Assembly (NCBI RefSeq): GCF_037042905.1
Contig: NC_087246.1
Coordinates: 53,878,001-53,942,000, forward strand
Reading direction: 5' to 3'
Source: Lytechinus pictus
Taxonomy: Eukaryota
Length of the DNA: 64,000 nt
The notes under the pieces are model-generated. The model made no database searches and had not been told where the DNA came from. It saw only the letters and a program-made list of their open reading frames with translations. Below are positions 27,401 through 39,482 of this stretch, in pieces. Both the position numbers and the translations under genes were made by a program. The first letter of the stretch is position 1. Each line of letters begins with the position of its first letter.

Positions 27401-30112
27401 CGCTTCTCAGTTCATATCAAGTATAAAACATTGGTGTTCTGTTTCATTATATCTGCCAACATGTATTTTATGATACGAACTACTGACATTAGATCAATAT
27501 TGAACAATTACTCTACCAATTAACATTGAGTAACTATCACTTCTCAGTTCATATCAAGTATAAAACATTGATGTTCTATTTGCCAACATGTTTTTAAGGA
27601 TATGAACTGATATTAGATCAGTATTGAACAACTACTCTACTTATTAACATGAGTAACTAACTCTTCTGTGTTCATTTTGAGTATAAATACATTTATGCTC
27701 TGTTTCATAATATCTGTCGATATTTTCTGTAATTAATATTGAAGAACCACGGAATGACAACGTCCAGATATTTATAGATTTTTGCCCATGGAAAATAAAC
27801 ATGGGGCCTGTATTCTGATAGCCATGGACCTAGTTTTACTTAAACCACACTTTTATGGAGTGCTTGTTGTCAACTCATTCACCAATTGAAAGTTATTCGT
27901 ATCCTGATGCAAAAAATTGTCCAAAAATTAATTTGGTCATGAAATGGGAAGGATAGGAAAAATACAAAAATATTATGGATTCTTTTCTTATGAATTAATT
28001 GATACATTATAGTTAATTATCAGAATATCACTCTGGTTCTTTAAGGTGTTTTTTTTTTTAATTCATGTAATGAATGACAACGTCCAGATCTTTAGATTTT
28101 CGCCCATGGAAAATAAACATGGTTGGGCAGTTTACCCAAGAAGAATTTAGAAAGGCTTATATTTCCTGCTTTTCAGTGAATGGAAAGGATAAGGGTGATA
28201 ATGATGACAATAATAATGCAACTTTATATGGTTTTCATAACCACTAAGTGTTCAAGATGTTAAACTTTCAATACCTTTACCACCATAATAGTGCTCAATT
28301 ATTGTGAATAGATACCCCAAAACGGAAAATGATAATTATTATTACTTGCTCACCTCACTATTATGATAATCTATTCAAAGAATATTTCCAGCACACTCTG
28401 CAATTTATTTCACTATCTAACCATAATTTGTTCCCATATCTTTCTATCATTTCTCATCAATAATCTGTCATTAATACCTAACAGATAAGTCCATCTATGA
28501 TATATGTAATTTGAGGTAAGAATATCGTGATGTTGGTGTGTGTTATTGGCCTGTTAGGCTTTCTGTGTAATAGGGCTATAAAGTATTGCTTTATAAGCAC
28601 AAGATGCATTTACACAGTGTTATGTCGCAATTGCACTGACCAACTCCAAATGTCATTCAAAATTACTCACTAGCTTTCATCGGTCTTGACCATTGGTGTG
28701 ATTTTGTCACGGCCACCTCGTGAGCTATATGTTCTCTGGTACTGTACATTGGCTTTCAGTTTGATTTTCTTCTTTCATTCATTCTTTTGTTCCTATTGCC
28801 ATTTAAATGACCTTTACGGTGGTGCAATGATTTGTAGATCATTAGTAGCGAGCTTTGCCCTTTTTTTGGGTGTTTGATTTTGGCTTTATGGCAAAACTTG
28901 CATTTGCTTTGATTTGGGATGCAATCGTTGTATATCATCTTCATTCAGTTCTATATGTAGGAAAATTCCAATCAATTATTGGAGGAGTCAATTCATGTGG
29001 AACTCTATCTTATGTAATTGGATGACACATTTGCACATCAGATTTACTATTTGTTACAGTCTGCATATATATATTATTAATTTCTTTTTATTTTGCAAAT
29101 GTAAAGAATAAAACTCTGCAGAATTATTGCTCATGCACATTGTTAGCCTTGATTCACTTTTTGGATAGAAAGTTTTGTCTATAGAGCCTGTTTGCAAAAT
29201 AATTGCTGTGCATACAGTGTATTGAATACCTATTAGTACCTCCTGTTTACAAACTAGCTCTACAAACTGATGTAAATTGAATTTCATCCAGGACTTGCTC
29301 TACAAAATGTGCACAAAAGTGACTTTGTTTCAAGTGACTAAGCACACATGTTATTACTATTCTGAAATGTTAAGCATTGGTGGCACATATGAAAGAATAT
29401 ATCAAGCACTTCATACTTTCACCAGAGTTTTTATCACATTTCCAGTACAATGGTTAGCAATGCCCTTTATTTCCTAATAGGAAAGAATAGACAGAAGTTG
29501 CGTTTCCTGTGAGAGATCAAAATCTCTCTTTCATCTGTCATTGAAATAAATATATTAAACTGCCATCAACACAATACTGTGATGTCTTGCCATACTTATC
29601 TCCTAGCACAATGTCTCTTAACTCTGGCCAATATCAATCTTTCAAGTTCAATGTTTAATTGAGGGGGGGGGGGTACGGGGTACCACTTTCACACAACATT
29701 GTGTGAAAGAAACAAGATAATCATATCAAAATGTAACAAAATGAAATAGAATCAATTATTTGGTGTTATTTGAACCAAGAAATAAAATACTGTAGAGCTT
29801 CCCATTTTCGAACAGAATTTTTTTATTTCTCTATATAACATTACAGTGGGAATTATCTGGAAAAAAAAGAGGAATTTATGCCAATTTGATGAAATGTGAT
29901 TTATAAGTCAAGCTTAACTCAAGATGTGACACATAACATATTTACATACTGTACATTTTCTATTTTTATTTTTTTTGATGGGCTGCAAACCACAGGTTGA
30001 TGGAGCACTGTCTCAGTATGATATTCGACTCAAAGCCAGCATACTGGGCAAAACGAAGTATTGATAACATGAACTCATTTTTTCTGTCATATGATTGAAC
30101 AATGTTGGGTTG

Positions 30113-30144
<32 letters not shown>

Positions 30145-30281
30145 TGTGTGAAAGTCAAATTTCTTTGTCTTTTTTCAATGTTCGTAATGCGCCTTAATGC
30201 CCTCTACCTTCGACTTAATGTCTAAATGTGTATTATGATGGAATAAACCCATTCATAGACTTTGCCCTTTCGTATGACGTA

Positions 30282-30321
<40 letters not shown>

Positions 30322-30605
30322 TACATACAATGAAAGAAATAATTCAAGCTCATCTTTGACAAACTGGATTTTATTTTGCTTGAATCACCAGGGAGATTCC
30401 ATGGCGAGAACTTCAAATGGCCGTCAACGTGGTAGATGCCGAGATAGACCGCCCTCACATGGTGCAGTATGTGTGCCGTGCGTTTGACGTCCCCCAGGAT
30501 CAGATCACCACGGCGCAACCGACGACGCTTGACGTCATCGTGAGGAGACTGCAGAAGAGTACGGCCAGGAGGATCGGGAAGCTGAACAGTTCTGAGCTGA
30601 CATAG
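9499..30605 (+). CDS. TSNAXIP1: Translin-associated factor X-interacting protein 1-like, 16 coding exons, 737 aa
   Basis: join(9499-9545,11194-11326,12515-12787,13316-13450,14032-14196,15396-15577,19314-19425,20440-20501,21075-21164,23538-23688,24419-24547,25283-25453,25865-25954,26262-26414,27014-27120,30392-30605). All introns are GT-AG with consistent phases; 2214 nt, ends TAG. Recognisable family segments: LDTWPAH, PKPKFLEQLE..L.KEL, RLQAYREVFEY.IEDFK.YKP..SAIKNEYE, NYGDVVPRRDFE, TPRPDW, GLGDDVP.Y.RYEG. Coiled coil followed by a degenerate EF-hand-like C-terminus. Confidence 0.9.
9934..10231 (-). mobile_element. TAGAC...GTCTA element with 9-bp TSD, copy 2 (internally deleted), TSNAXIP1 intron 1
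   Basis: Perfect TSD ATGATTATG at 9925-9933 and 10232-10240; reverse-complement homology to 3556-3986. Confidence 0.8.
11383..11910. mobile_element. Degenerate Kolobok-like MITE
   Basis: AGGGGTACTCTGGGCTGAAA ... TTTTCAGCCTGAAG; interior similar to 7364-7933. Confidence 0.5.
13876..13938 (+). pseudogene. Diverged partial duplicate of the TSNAXIP1 exon 5 acceptor region and first 13 codons
   Basis: 13900-13938 encodes SVLVTVSERCDQK versus SMLVTVSEQCDQK at 14032-14070. The preceding TATTCCCCCT tract is also duplicated, but the acceptor AG is lost. Confidence 0.7.
15787..18692. mobile_element. Kolobok-like element with ~200-bp imperfect TIRs and an inner repeat-bearing segment; extra partial left end at 15589-15782
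   Basis: AGGAAAATGGAACCCTTGGAACAAG...CACATGTGAACAACTTTCCC is mirrored by GGGAAAGTTGTTCACATGTG...CTTGTTCGAAAGGTTCCATTCCCCT; TTAA-like flanks. Confidence 0.65.
19700..20046. mobile_element. MITE with inverted arrays of short GACCAAATG-like subterminal repeats
   Basis: CATTTGGTC/CATTTCGTC units on the left and GACCAAATG/GACGAACTG units on the right. Confidence 0.55.
20778..20902. repeat. Small hairpin/MITE
   Basis: CTTATGGCAGCCATGACTGGGGG ... CCCCCAGCTATGGCTGCCATAAG. Confidence 0.55.
21249..22321. mobile_element. TIR element with 4-bp TSD (superfamily unassigned)
   Basis: CAGTCAGTCGGCAAGCCCTG ... CAGGGGCTTGCAGACTGACTG; CTAT on both flanks; internal ~62-bp direct duplication (~21886 and ~22075). 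Confidence 0.65.
22971..23499. mobile_element. Tc1/mariner-like MITE ending ~38 bp upstream of TSNAXIP1 exon 10
   Basis: CAGTG...GTGCGTCCCAGAAAAAA / TTTTTTACGGGACGCACTG|TA. Confidence 0.6.
24079..24292. mobile_element. Short MITE (Harbinger-like termini)
   Basis: GGGAGTGTTTTACAAAGAGTTAAGT ... ACTTAAATTTTTGTATAACACCCCC. Confidence 0.45.
25972..26200. repeat. (GAT)n/(GGT)n microsatellite containing an assembly gap (N at 26054-26194)
   Basis: Direct inspection; lies inside TSNAXIP1 intron 13. Confidence 0.9.
27140..27720. repeat. Degenerate tandem repeat, ~4.5 units of ~125-137 bp
   Basis: TTCATATC.AGTATAAAAC..TGATGTTCTGTTTCAT recurs at ~27145, 27275, 27411, 27548 and 27671. Confidence 0.75.
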
Positions 30606-31615
30606 AACTCTCAATCATCAAAGGGAATTCATTGAGTGATTTTTAAAGTACATATCAATTACCTTAACTTCAACTATACAGGACAGGATTCACACATATA
30701 TCAATCAAACAAAGGCTGCAGAGGCTACATGTAACATATCCTGGCTTTAAAATATGATTTTATTCCTAAATTGATATATAAAGTGATGTAGTAACAAAGG
30801 ATGGAAAAGTATGAGCACTGTTAATTGAGTCATTTCTTGAAGTGTTTTATCGGACATTGCCAACAAGTTTTGATAGGACTTTTGATCTACATTTTCTTGT
30901 AAATGTTCATAATTGATACTTAAAAATATACCAATAGAATATGTATCATATATGCTGTATATGTGCTGTTTCATTCTACAGATGTGAAGAAATTGATAAA
31001 TGTATGTTTTTAGGCCCTTTAACGAATTCCTTCTTACTTTAATATCCCCCAAAATGAACTCTTTTAGCATTGTAAGCCCTTTTTAATCATTGACAGGCAA
31101 TTCAATACCATATGTATGCCTGACCCCCTATATCTGGTGCCTTTTTTAAAGTATATTTTTCTCTGTTTTCTAGTTTGTATAAAAACTTTGTAATACTCTC
31201 ACATTCAGGCTTCAGTCATTCATGAAATGGAGAAAGAATGGGAGAAAATCAAGGCCAGACGTACAAAAAGGTTGATGATTTTATTGAATTGCCCAGAAGC
31301 TAAATTGAAGTGTGTTTTCGAACCTTTAAACACATTTATATCAGTTTTTCTGACCAGGTTCAAATGCTAAATATTCATTTTGACACTTATCTTTTTCAGG
31401 TTCTGATTATCATATATATCACTATCACTTATACTATATACATCTTGAGTGGTCTTACAGATAGTGAAAAGTTGAATCATTTTTTATGTGGATAAATCAT
31501 GTTTCAATAGAAATTTGCATTCCTCAACAGATCAAACAAAAACATGCCATTAGGTGCAAGCAGCGAAATAAAAAAATTAAGAATGGAGGAATGAAATGTT
31601 CAGGGAACAAGATAA

Positions 31616-31990
31616 ATTTCAAACAAATAAGATCAAATTCTGTCTTTAATGCTGAAGTTGTATATTGTTCTGTGTTGGGGGAATTGTTATAAGAGCAAAG
31701 ATTGAAATGCCTTTACTTGTGAAAGAACACAATGGGTTTACAATTAGGAGATTAGACAAGGAAACTTACTGAAGGACAACAATAAAAGCAAAGTTATTTT
31801 ATTTCAACAAATAAGATCAAATTCTGTCTTTAATGCTGAAGAAGTTGTGAGTTGTTCTGTGTTGAGGGAATTGTTATAAGACCAAAGATTGAAATGCCTA
31901 TATTCGTGAAAGAACACATTAGGTTTACAATTAGGAGATGAGACAAGAAAATTTACTGAAGTACATGTACAACGATAAAAACAAAGTTAT
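31616..31990. repeat. ~185-bp tandem duplication downstream of the TSNAXIP1 stop (probable 3' UTR)
   Basis: ACAAATAAGATCAAATTCTGTCTTTAATGCTGAAG... occurs at ~31623 and ~31807. Confidence 0.8.
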
Positions 31991-32457
31991 CGTAGGTCAA
32001 ACAAGTATCAAGAATTGTCACGCTATAACCTAAGGAATTTCCCCTTTACTCTACTTTATTGTAACAAACAATTCCAGAATTCCGTCCAAAATGACCTCTG
32101 GGCTTTCCTGAAAAATCTGTATCTATATATGAAACCGTCCTAATGTTAGTAATTCAGCATGTATTATCCAGTATATTGTTATTATATGTATATAATGTAC
32201 AAATATATTTCACATTCTATTTAATAAAATTGTTTTAAATGTATGATTTGAATGTTTTCTTTCCATGTGCATTCTTACAGTTTATAGCATTTGATTTATA
32301 AAAAAAAGAATCTGTAATAGGAGTCAACTGCTTTTCTACCTTCCCTCCAAAGAAGATGCCATACAAATGGAAAATATGATTTTGATATTTTGGAGTCTTC
32401 TTGATAATTTGAATTTCAGTATTTATGCAAGTCTCACTTAACTTTCATGACCACACC

Positions 32458-34231
32458 CTATTTCTTATATATTTGAGCCATGACAGGTGGAGGATTAGTA
32501 TCGCCATTGTCCTTGATTGTTTTTAGGTAGTCAACGTAAGACGAAGGCAGGTTTGATTCTATAGCGCCCTCGATCATGACCTTCATGTAGTGGGGTGACG
32601 GAGGCTCCTCATTGGCTCCCTCTAAGTCAGGCGCCATGTGGTAGGTGTGGCATAAGTAGGTGTGGCCCTCTGGGGTTGTTACTGTGATTTCCGGTGAAGA
32701 GTATCGGTAGAGGGTCCTAGGATGAAAAAGGGGAATTTAGTAAGTCTGAAATTAAAATAATGAATGTTGGTAGTTGTACCCCACCTTTCTCTCTTTTCCA
32801 TCAAATCTCTTTGTTTGATTTTACACAATGATTTCATTAAAGTATGCACATTGGAACACCACTGAATAATAAACCGTTTGCAGGTGACATGTGAAATAAA
32901 AGAACAAGAGCAAAATAGACAACAAAAAAGATAAGAGATTGTAGATAAAGAGCGAGAAAGAAAGAAATCTGGTTCCCAGAGTTGTAGAAAGAATGTGCGG
33001 GCTGGTGGAGAAGTGTAAAGGAGAACAGAAGAAGATCGCACGTGTAAAGAAAGAGAAATATAATGGCAAAGGACATACCGAGAGAAGGAAAAAAAGGTGG
33101 GGGTTTATGAAAGTGAGAGAGAGGGTAGTGTATAACTCTTTATCCTTACGGATATAGTCCTTTGACATCAGTTTTATCCAGTCTCCATATTGCTCCCCAT
33201 ACATGAGCCTGTTGATCCTCTTCAATGGAACATAACGACCCTCTCCATTGACTCGTTTCGAGGGTCCATCCAGGGTAGCTGCGGAAATTCAATCTATAAC
33301 CCTATAAAATGAAGGGTGTGAGGTTGGAGAAAAAAGAAATAAAATTTGTTTGTAATTGCGATCTATTTTCGCACAAATTGAATTCTGTTACGTTTCTATC
33401 TCCCTCTTCCTCTCTCAAAATCTTTTACCGTCTCTCTCTTTCTCCGTCTCTCTTTATGTCTGTTTCTTTCTTTCTCTGTCTCTCTTTTACTACCTCCCCC
33501 CTCTCTCTTTCTTTTTCTCCCTTCTCTTTTCCATCCCTTTGTCTTTCTCTTTCCCATTAGACATATTAGTGTTCAGGGTATCTTGTTTGTACTTGGTTGA
33601 AAACTTTCACTTTGTTTAATAATACGAGAAAATACAATGGAATAAAATAAAACGGTAAAACGTTATACTAAGTTTGATCATCGATAAAAAGCCCCCCCCC
33701 CAAAAAAAAAGAACTTGCACCAAAAGCCAGACAACTGAGCAGCCATACCTCAAGTTTCGCTGGGCTTACAAACTCGGCTGATGGTACATAAAGATGAAAC
33801 CTCGACTTTAATAGATTGCTAGCGTAGCAGAAATAGAAGAATTTATCATTCGGAGCCCTGTAATTGAAGAAAGTCATTAAATTAAAGAAGTCAACAAGGT
33901 GCTTATGAGATAATTTCGAAGTAGCACATAGCATATTGTTTGATCAATAATAATAGGTTGCAGAGTCTCATATCCATATATAACCCCTCCCCACACCCCA
34001 CCAAAAAAAAAAAAAACAAAGAGAGAGAGAGAGACAGAGAAAAGAAAAATAAATGAGCACTTTTTGTTTTCTGTTGATGAATCCTTATTTCTTTATTGCG
34101 ATCCCACCATACACAAATTGGAATTGAATTTGATTTTTAAAATATCTCTGAAAACCTGTCTTCGCCATTCTTACGAGTTAATGTTGGGTAAAACGCGCAT
34201 ACATTATTATTGCTTACTTTTGCACACTCAT
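32458..34231 (-). CDS. GGCT-like paralog D, 177 aa, lacks the catalytic Glu (probable pseudoenzyme)
   Basis: complement join(34231-34218,33857-33749,33301-33150,32716-32458); GT-AG introns in phases 2,0,2. MSVQKAPNDKFFYFCYASNLLKSRFH...HVWGAIWRLDKTDVKGLYPTLYRYSSPEITVTTPEGHTYLCHTY...PSPHYMKVMIEGAIESNLPSSYVDYLKTIKDNG...*. Two exons are missing from the ORF track in this frame. Confidence 0.85.
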
Positions 34232-35773
34232 GGTTAAAGCTTTTTATTTTCACTCGTCACCAGTCTGGTGTTGGTGGCCCGTGTTGGTGACCCACTTCCT
34301 GAACCCCGGCAAAAACTTCTGAACATCAATGTTTGAGATCTGTGGTGGAATGAAATCACAAAATTACAAATAGACCTATAGTTGCTGAAATCGTGAAAAT
34401 TTTTAGCTAAAAACTGTAAAAGCTGAAAGCTACAATATTCCAAACTTATTCCAACTCGATCAGCCCCCTCCCTTTTTTATCTTCCGATCTTCTTCGCTAT
34501 CACTCCCCTCTCACTCATCCTCCCGCCATACTTCCACAAAGCCATCCAAATAGGATTCTCTTTTTCACCACCCCCTTGTCAATTCTCTATCCCTCCCTCT
34601 TTCTTTCCCATTTACACTCTACCGATTTTCTTCCCCGACTCCAGTACATTTTTTTTTCAACTTGAGTCATCCGTGATTGACTTGAATCATATTACAAGGT
34701 CCTCAGTGAAGAAGGGCTGTTGCTATAACTTTATATTCAAATTGAATTTCGATGTGGCATTCATAATGGCTTTATGACAAACAGCTAAGTAATGGGATAT
34801 ATGCGTATCTAATACCATACTATTCATGTACTATTATCATGGAGCTACCAGACAGGCTATTTATAGGCCTACTTACATTATAAGCACACCGACTGATAAA
34901 GGCTATATATCCACATGTACTCACCTGCACTCCTGTGGTGTCCACTTTGCTCTGCGAGTTCTGTTGTTCAAGTTGTTGACTCAACCATATCTTTGTAGCT
35001 AAACACATGAGTCCCCAATCTTATTTTATGATTGCTAGACTGGCCTACGTTTGTGTAAATTTGAAAGGCTGGTTTGTCCCGTGGATGTGAAAGGGATCGA
35101 TTAGAGGGGAGTACTGTACTTAGAGCCTTGTACAGTTGGAACAAACAACTAGGCCTATATTTCCCAAGATTGTCGTATATCCCGTGACTATAACGGGTTT
35201 GGGGGGACGGGGGGTATGACATAAACATTATAGCGAATATTAAATTCAGTGATATATCAAGTCTCGTCGAAATTTAAGTTATCACCAGTTTACATAATCA
35301 CCGATAATACCGCCCCCCCCAAAAAAAAAGTCACGCCAAGGGGAAACTCCCAGAACGAAACCCCGCGATGACAATATAAAGGGGGCGTGGCACAAGTGGG
35401 CGTGGTTCGTGGTCAGTACATTAACCTGCAGTATTACCATTAGTGCTGTGTGGTTATATTGTATCAAGTCAAAGTAAAAAATGGAAGGTATTTCTGATAT
35501 TATCACTGTGTTATTTCAACAGTATGAGGCGCTAGGCAATAAATGCCCCTTTAGCTTCAACCTCCCCATCCCTGTTCCTACCCGAGACAGACACAGCTAG
35601 CTGTCGCGGTTATCAAGCTTTAGGTCGACGTGAACTTTCATAACCCTCCTTTTTAACAGGGACCTCTTAATTCTTTATGGGACACGTCCAAGTTCAAAGT
35701 ACGATATATCAACCTATCCTTCGTATCCGTGGTAGGACAGGGTAAACAAATCTGTCACAGATAGTACCCCTAT

Positions 35774-36582
35774 CAGAGGCGTCGATCCGGGGGGCAGGGG
35801 GTGATCGCCCCACCAATGGAAATATGGGGGGGGGGGCAAACATATCGTTTTGCCCAATAATTCAGGATGTGCAAAATAAAATAAGATTGCAATGTTACAC
35901 AGAAATCGGCAAGTGAGATTGAGATACGTACGTATCTCGTTCTTTACTTAAAATCGTGCTCAAAATTTCCGTTTTTCAGATTGGAATATAAAAATTTTCA
36001 GCTCGCGCTTCGCGCTTGCATCATTTCTTTAGCAAAACCCCATACTTTTCATGATTTAATAGGTGAATAGAATGTCCCGTTTTCAGTTCTAAACCTCAAA
36101 AGAGTTCCTGCTTCGATTTGCAATAATCGTTTTCAGAAATATCAAAATTTTCAGCTCGCGCACTTCGCGCTCGCATCTATTGTTCTTTTAGATACCAATC
36201 TTAATCATTGATACCAAAAATGCTTAGAATATCAAGCTTTCAGGTCAGAATATAAAGAGATTTCAGCTCGCTCTCGGCACTCGCATTATCTGTGCAGTAA
36301 GATATGAGTCACTAAAAACAGTCAAACAGTGTTTGAGATATGTGTCTCTTTCTCATGAGTCATATATATATATATATATTAATGAGGCAAAGTGGTAATG
36401 CATTGTACTTAGTTCCAACAGTTTATTTTGAATTCCAAATTTTCGACGTTAAACATACGTCTTCCTCAGGGATACAATAAATATATATCGATATATACGA
36501 TATATATATATCGAGCGCCTTTGGAACGTTGCTTCATGATTTTGCCCCCCCCCCCAATCTGAAAAATGGATCGACGCCCTTG
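35774..36582. mobile_element. hAT-like MITE
   Basis: CAGAGGCGTCGATCC ... GGATCGACGCCCTTG; 8-bp TSD ACCCCTAT/ACCCCGAT; internal GCTCGCGCTTCGCGC repeats. Confidence 0.75.
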
Positions 36583-37995
36583 ACCCCGATACAAGGGTGT
36601 AGGCTGGTTTGAGCACGGGGAGGTGCAAATCATGGGGAGGTGGCACTAAAGTTGGGAAAATTAGCTGTTGAAAGCAGAAGAAGGGGTAACAAATTACGTT
36701 TTTGCTTATACCAGTGTCGGAACTCCTCTGCCTCAGCGGGAGGGTACACGTGCACCCAGCGCACCCCAGCCTACTCCCTTGCTATATCTCTTCTATTCAA
36801 GAAAAATCGTTTTATGTAATAGAAGCGACTAACAATGTTGTTAAGGTCAGTCTAGTGTCAACTACATGCAGAAAACACAGTAACACGAAAATAGAAAAAT
36901 ACTTTTTTATGTCTCAAATAAAATATTTAATTCATCTACAAGAATATCTATTGAAAAATGTGATAAGAAAAGCAATGAAGCCACTACTAAATTCCTTTTA
37001 TAAAAATCCGCTAACATAAAATAACCATTCGCAAAATAAATTTAATCGGTATTGCATACCTTTAAAGTTGCAATTTATAGCTGGTGATATATTTTTTATC
37101 TGAATTAGTCAGAATGAGTATTACATTGATAGCCTTTATCACACATATTAATTTTTCTTCTTTTTTTAAAAGGACACAATTTGAATGGATTCAACGTGAT
37201 CATCTAGTTTTCTGTAAAGCTGTTGTAAATTATAATTCATCCACGAAAATACTCAATCATACTCTGGAATTATGTCTGGTCATCTAGACTTACGATTTTC
37301 AAGCATACAAAGGAACTTTTCACGTACGATTCGTCCCGCCAATAACTTAGAGAACTCTTTGGAAGCATCCTAGATTGGAGGGTTAAACGCTTTATGTCTT
37401 GCTTGAGAATCATGGATCCAGATGGCCAAATTTATTATAATAATCTGCTTGAGAATTTCTGTATTGATTAGAATGATATTAAAATGGATTAATGGACCGG
37501 TATGAATATACATAAAGTCTAGCTATTTCGAAGCACACATTTTTTGTGGATTTTTTTTGGGGTCATTTTCAATAGTGTATTTTCACCTTGATCTACAGCA
37601 ACTGGTCGATGGGATCGGAGTAAAATTTCACAACTAATTTTTTGCATTCGTAGATACAGATGACCTTCATGCATCAAACATTGTTTTCTTAAGTACATAT
37701 CATTTTTACAGTATATAATTATAATAATAATAATACATATGATTTATATAGCGTCTTTTCCATTTTGATTAAATGCTCAAGGCGCTTATATAAGAGCAAA
37801 ACATAAAAGTAAAGAGAACTAAGAGAAGTACAAGAAAGAGTGAATTACAAAATAATGAGGAAAGTGTCTGTCTTCAAACCTATAGTAGGCCTACCTGCTG
37901 GTATATACGACATATAGAAACTGATATGTTGCAGATTCGGGGCTTCAGTTCACGATGCTCGATTTTTAATAGAATAGATAAAATTAAGTAATTGA

Positions 37996-39482
37996 TCATT
38001 TGAATATTTCATTCATGATATCTGGTGGGTTAGTCTGTCCATTGTGCTTGATTGACCTTAAGAACTCGACGTAGGTTTTTGGAAGGCCAGACTCTACGGC
38101 GCCCTCTGTGATGACCTTCATGTAGTATGGTGATGGAAGTTCTTCCTCTTGGCCATTCATCATCTGATAGGTGCGACAAACGTATTCCATACCCTCTGGT
38201 GACGTCACCGTGACGTCAAATGCTTTATAGCTAGATTCCGGCCTTTGAAAAATAATCACACAAAACAATGGAAATCATATAATTATTTTCTTTACTTTTA
38301 CAATTAAGAGATCTATATTGCAGTGTTGGCGCCATGAGACTCAATGGACAGTGCATGTGTTCTGCAAGTTACTCTATTATTATCTTTACCAATATTTGGT
38401 TATGTAATTCCTAATGAACCATATAGTCGTGAATTTTTTTTTTCTTTCATCTTTCTCTCCACTTTTTTAGATTCAGTATATTACTGTAAAAGTCTGTAAA
38501 AGTGTCTGGCAACATAAAGAATTTTCACTTTAGTATAACATGGCCCGTTTCCTGTGTATTTTTTCCTTGACCTGACATAAACCAAATTGAAGTGTGCTTA
38601 CGGATCTAGATTAGCCAGATCTGATTTGTGGAGACGCCATACTGCTCCCCAGACGTGACCTTGAGGACTCTCTATAATAGAGGCAGGGGCTCCGTTCCAT
38701 AGACTTTCTTTTACACTCCATCCGGGGTACACTTGAAAACAAAGTCTGTAACCCTATAAATATCGTTAAAAATATAAATATTAATGAAAAATATCCGATG
38801 TCGGTTTTTTCAAGAATTTCTTCATTAAGGTAATGCCACCATCAGGGCGGGTAAAATGTTTGACAAGCAGCAAAAATACAAATTGTTATTCAAACATAAT
38901 CCTTGATACACCCTGTTAACGGTCGTCGATCTATGGCTAGTGGCTTTGGAGTATAAAGTCGCCATGTGCTAAGTTCTAAATACCTTGATGTCTTGCTCTT
39001 TAAATACAATGCCACTCTTATAGCAAATTATCATAACAGTTTTTCATTATGAATAGCGGTCCTAGTAAATAATAACCCTTTTGCAAACTTATGAATAGTA
39101 TATTGCATACTCAATGTTATTACCTCTAGTTTAGCTGGACCAACTAGCTCCGCGGTTGGGGTACCAATGTGTATACGGGCTCTCAGCAGGTTGCTGGCAA
39201 ACCCAAAATACAGAAATGAATCCCCATCATTACTAATCAGATAAAAATAGAAAAATAAAAAAATGAAAAGGAATGAAAGACACATTATTTTGTGTATGTC
39301 ATCCGGGGTATTATAATAAGCATACATTAATATCAATGGTAAGGCCAAAATAATATAAATGAAAGGTTTCAGTACAGTATATACTGGCGGTGTTACAAGA
39401 TTCTGCATGTAATTTGTAATCAAAATGATAATTACCAAGGAATCGGTTAAATTTCAACTTACCTCAGTGCACCACTGTCCAT
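37996..39482 (-). CDS. GGCT-like paralog C, 175 aa
   Basis: complement join(39482-39463,39232-39124,38753-38602,38242-37996). MDSGALSNDGDSFLYFGFASNLLRARIH...HVWGAVWRLHKSDLANLDPPESSYKAFDVTV...CRTY...PSPYYMKVITEGAVESGLP. Phases 2,0,2. Confidence 0.88.
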
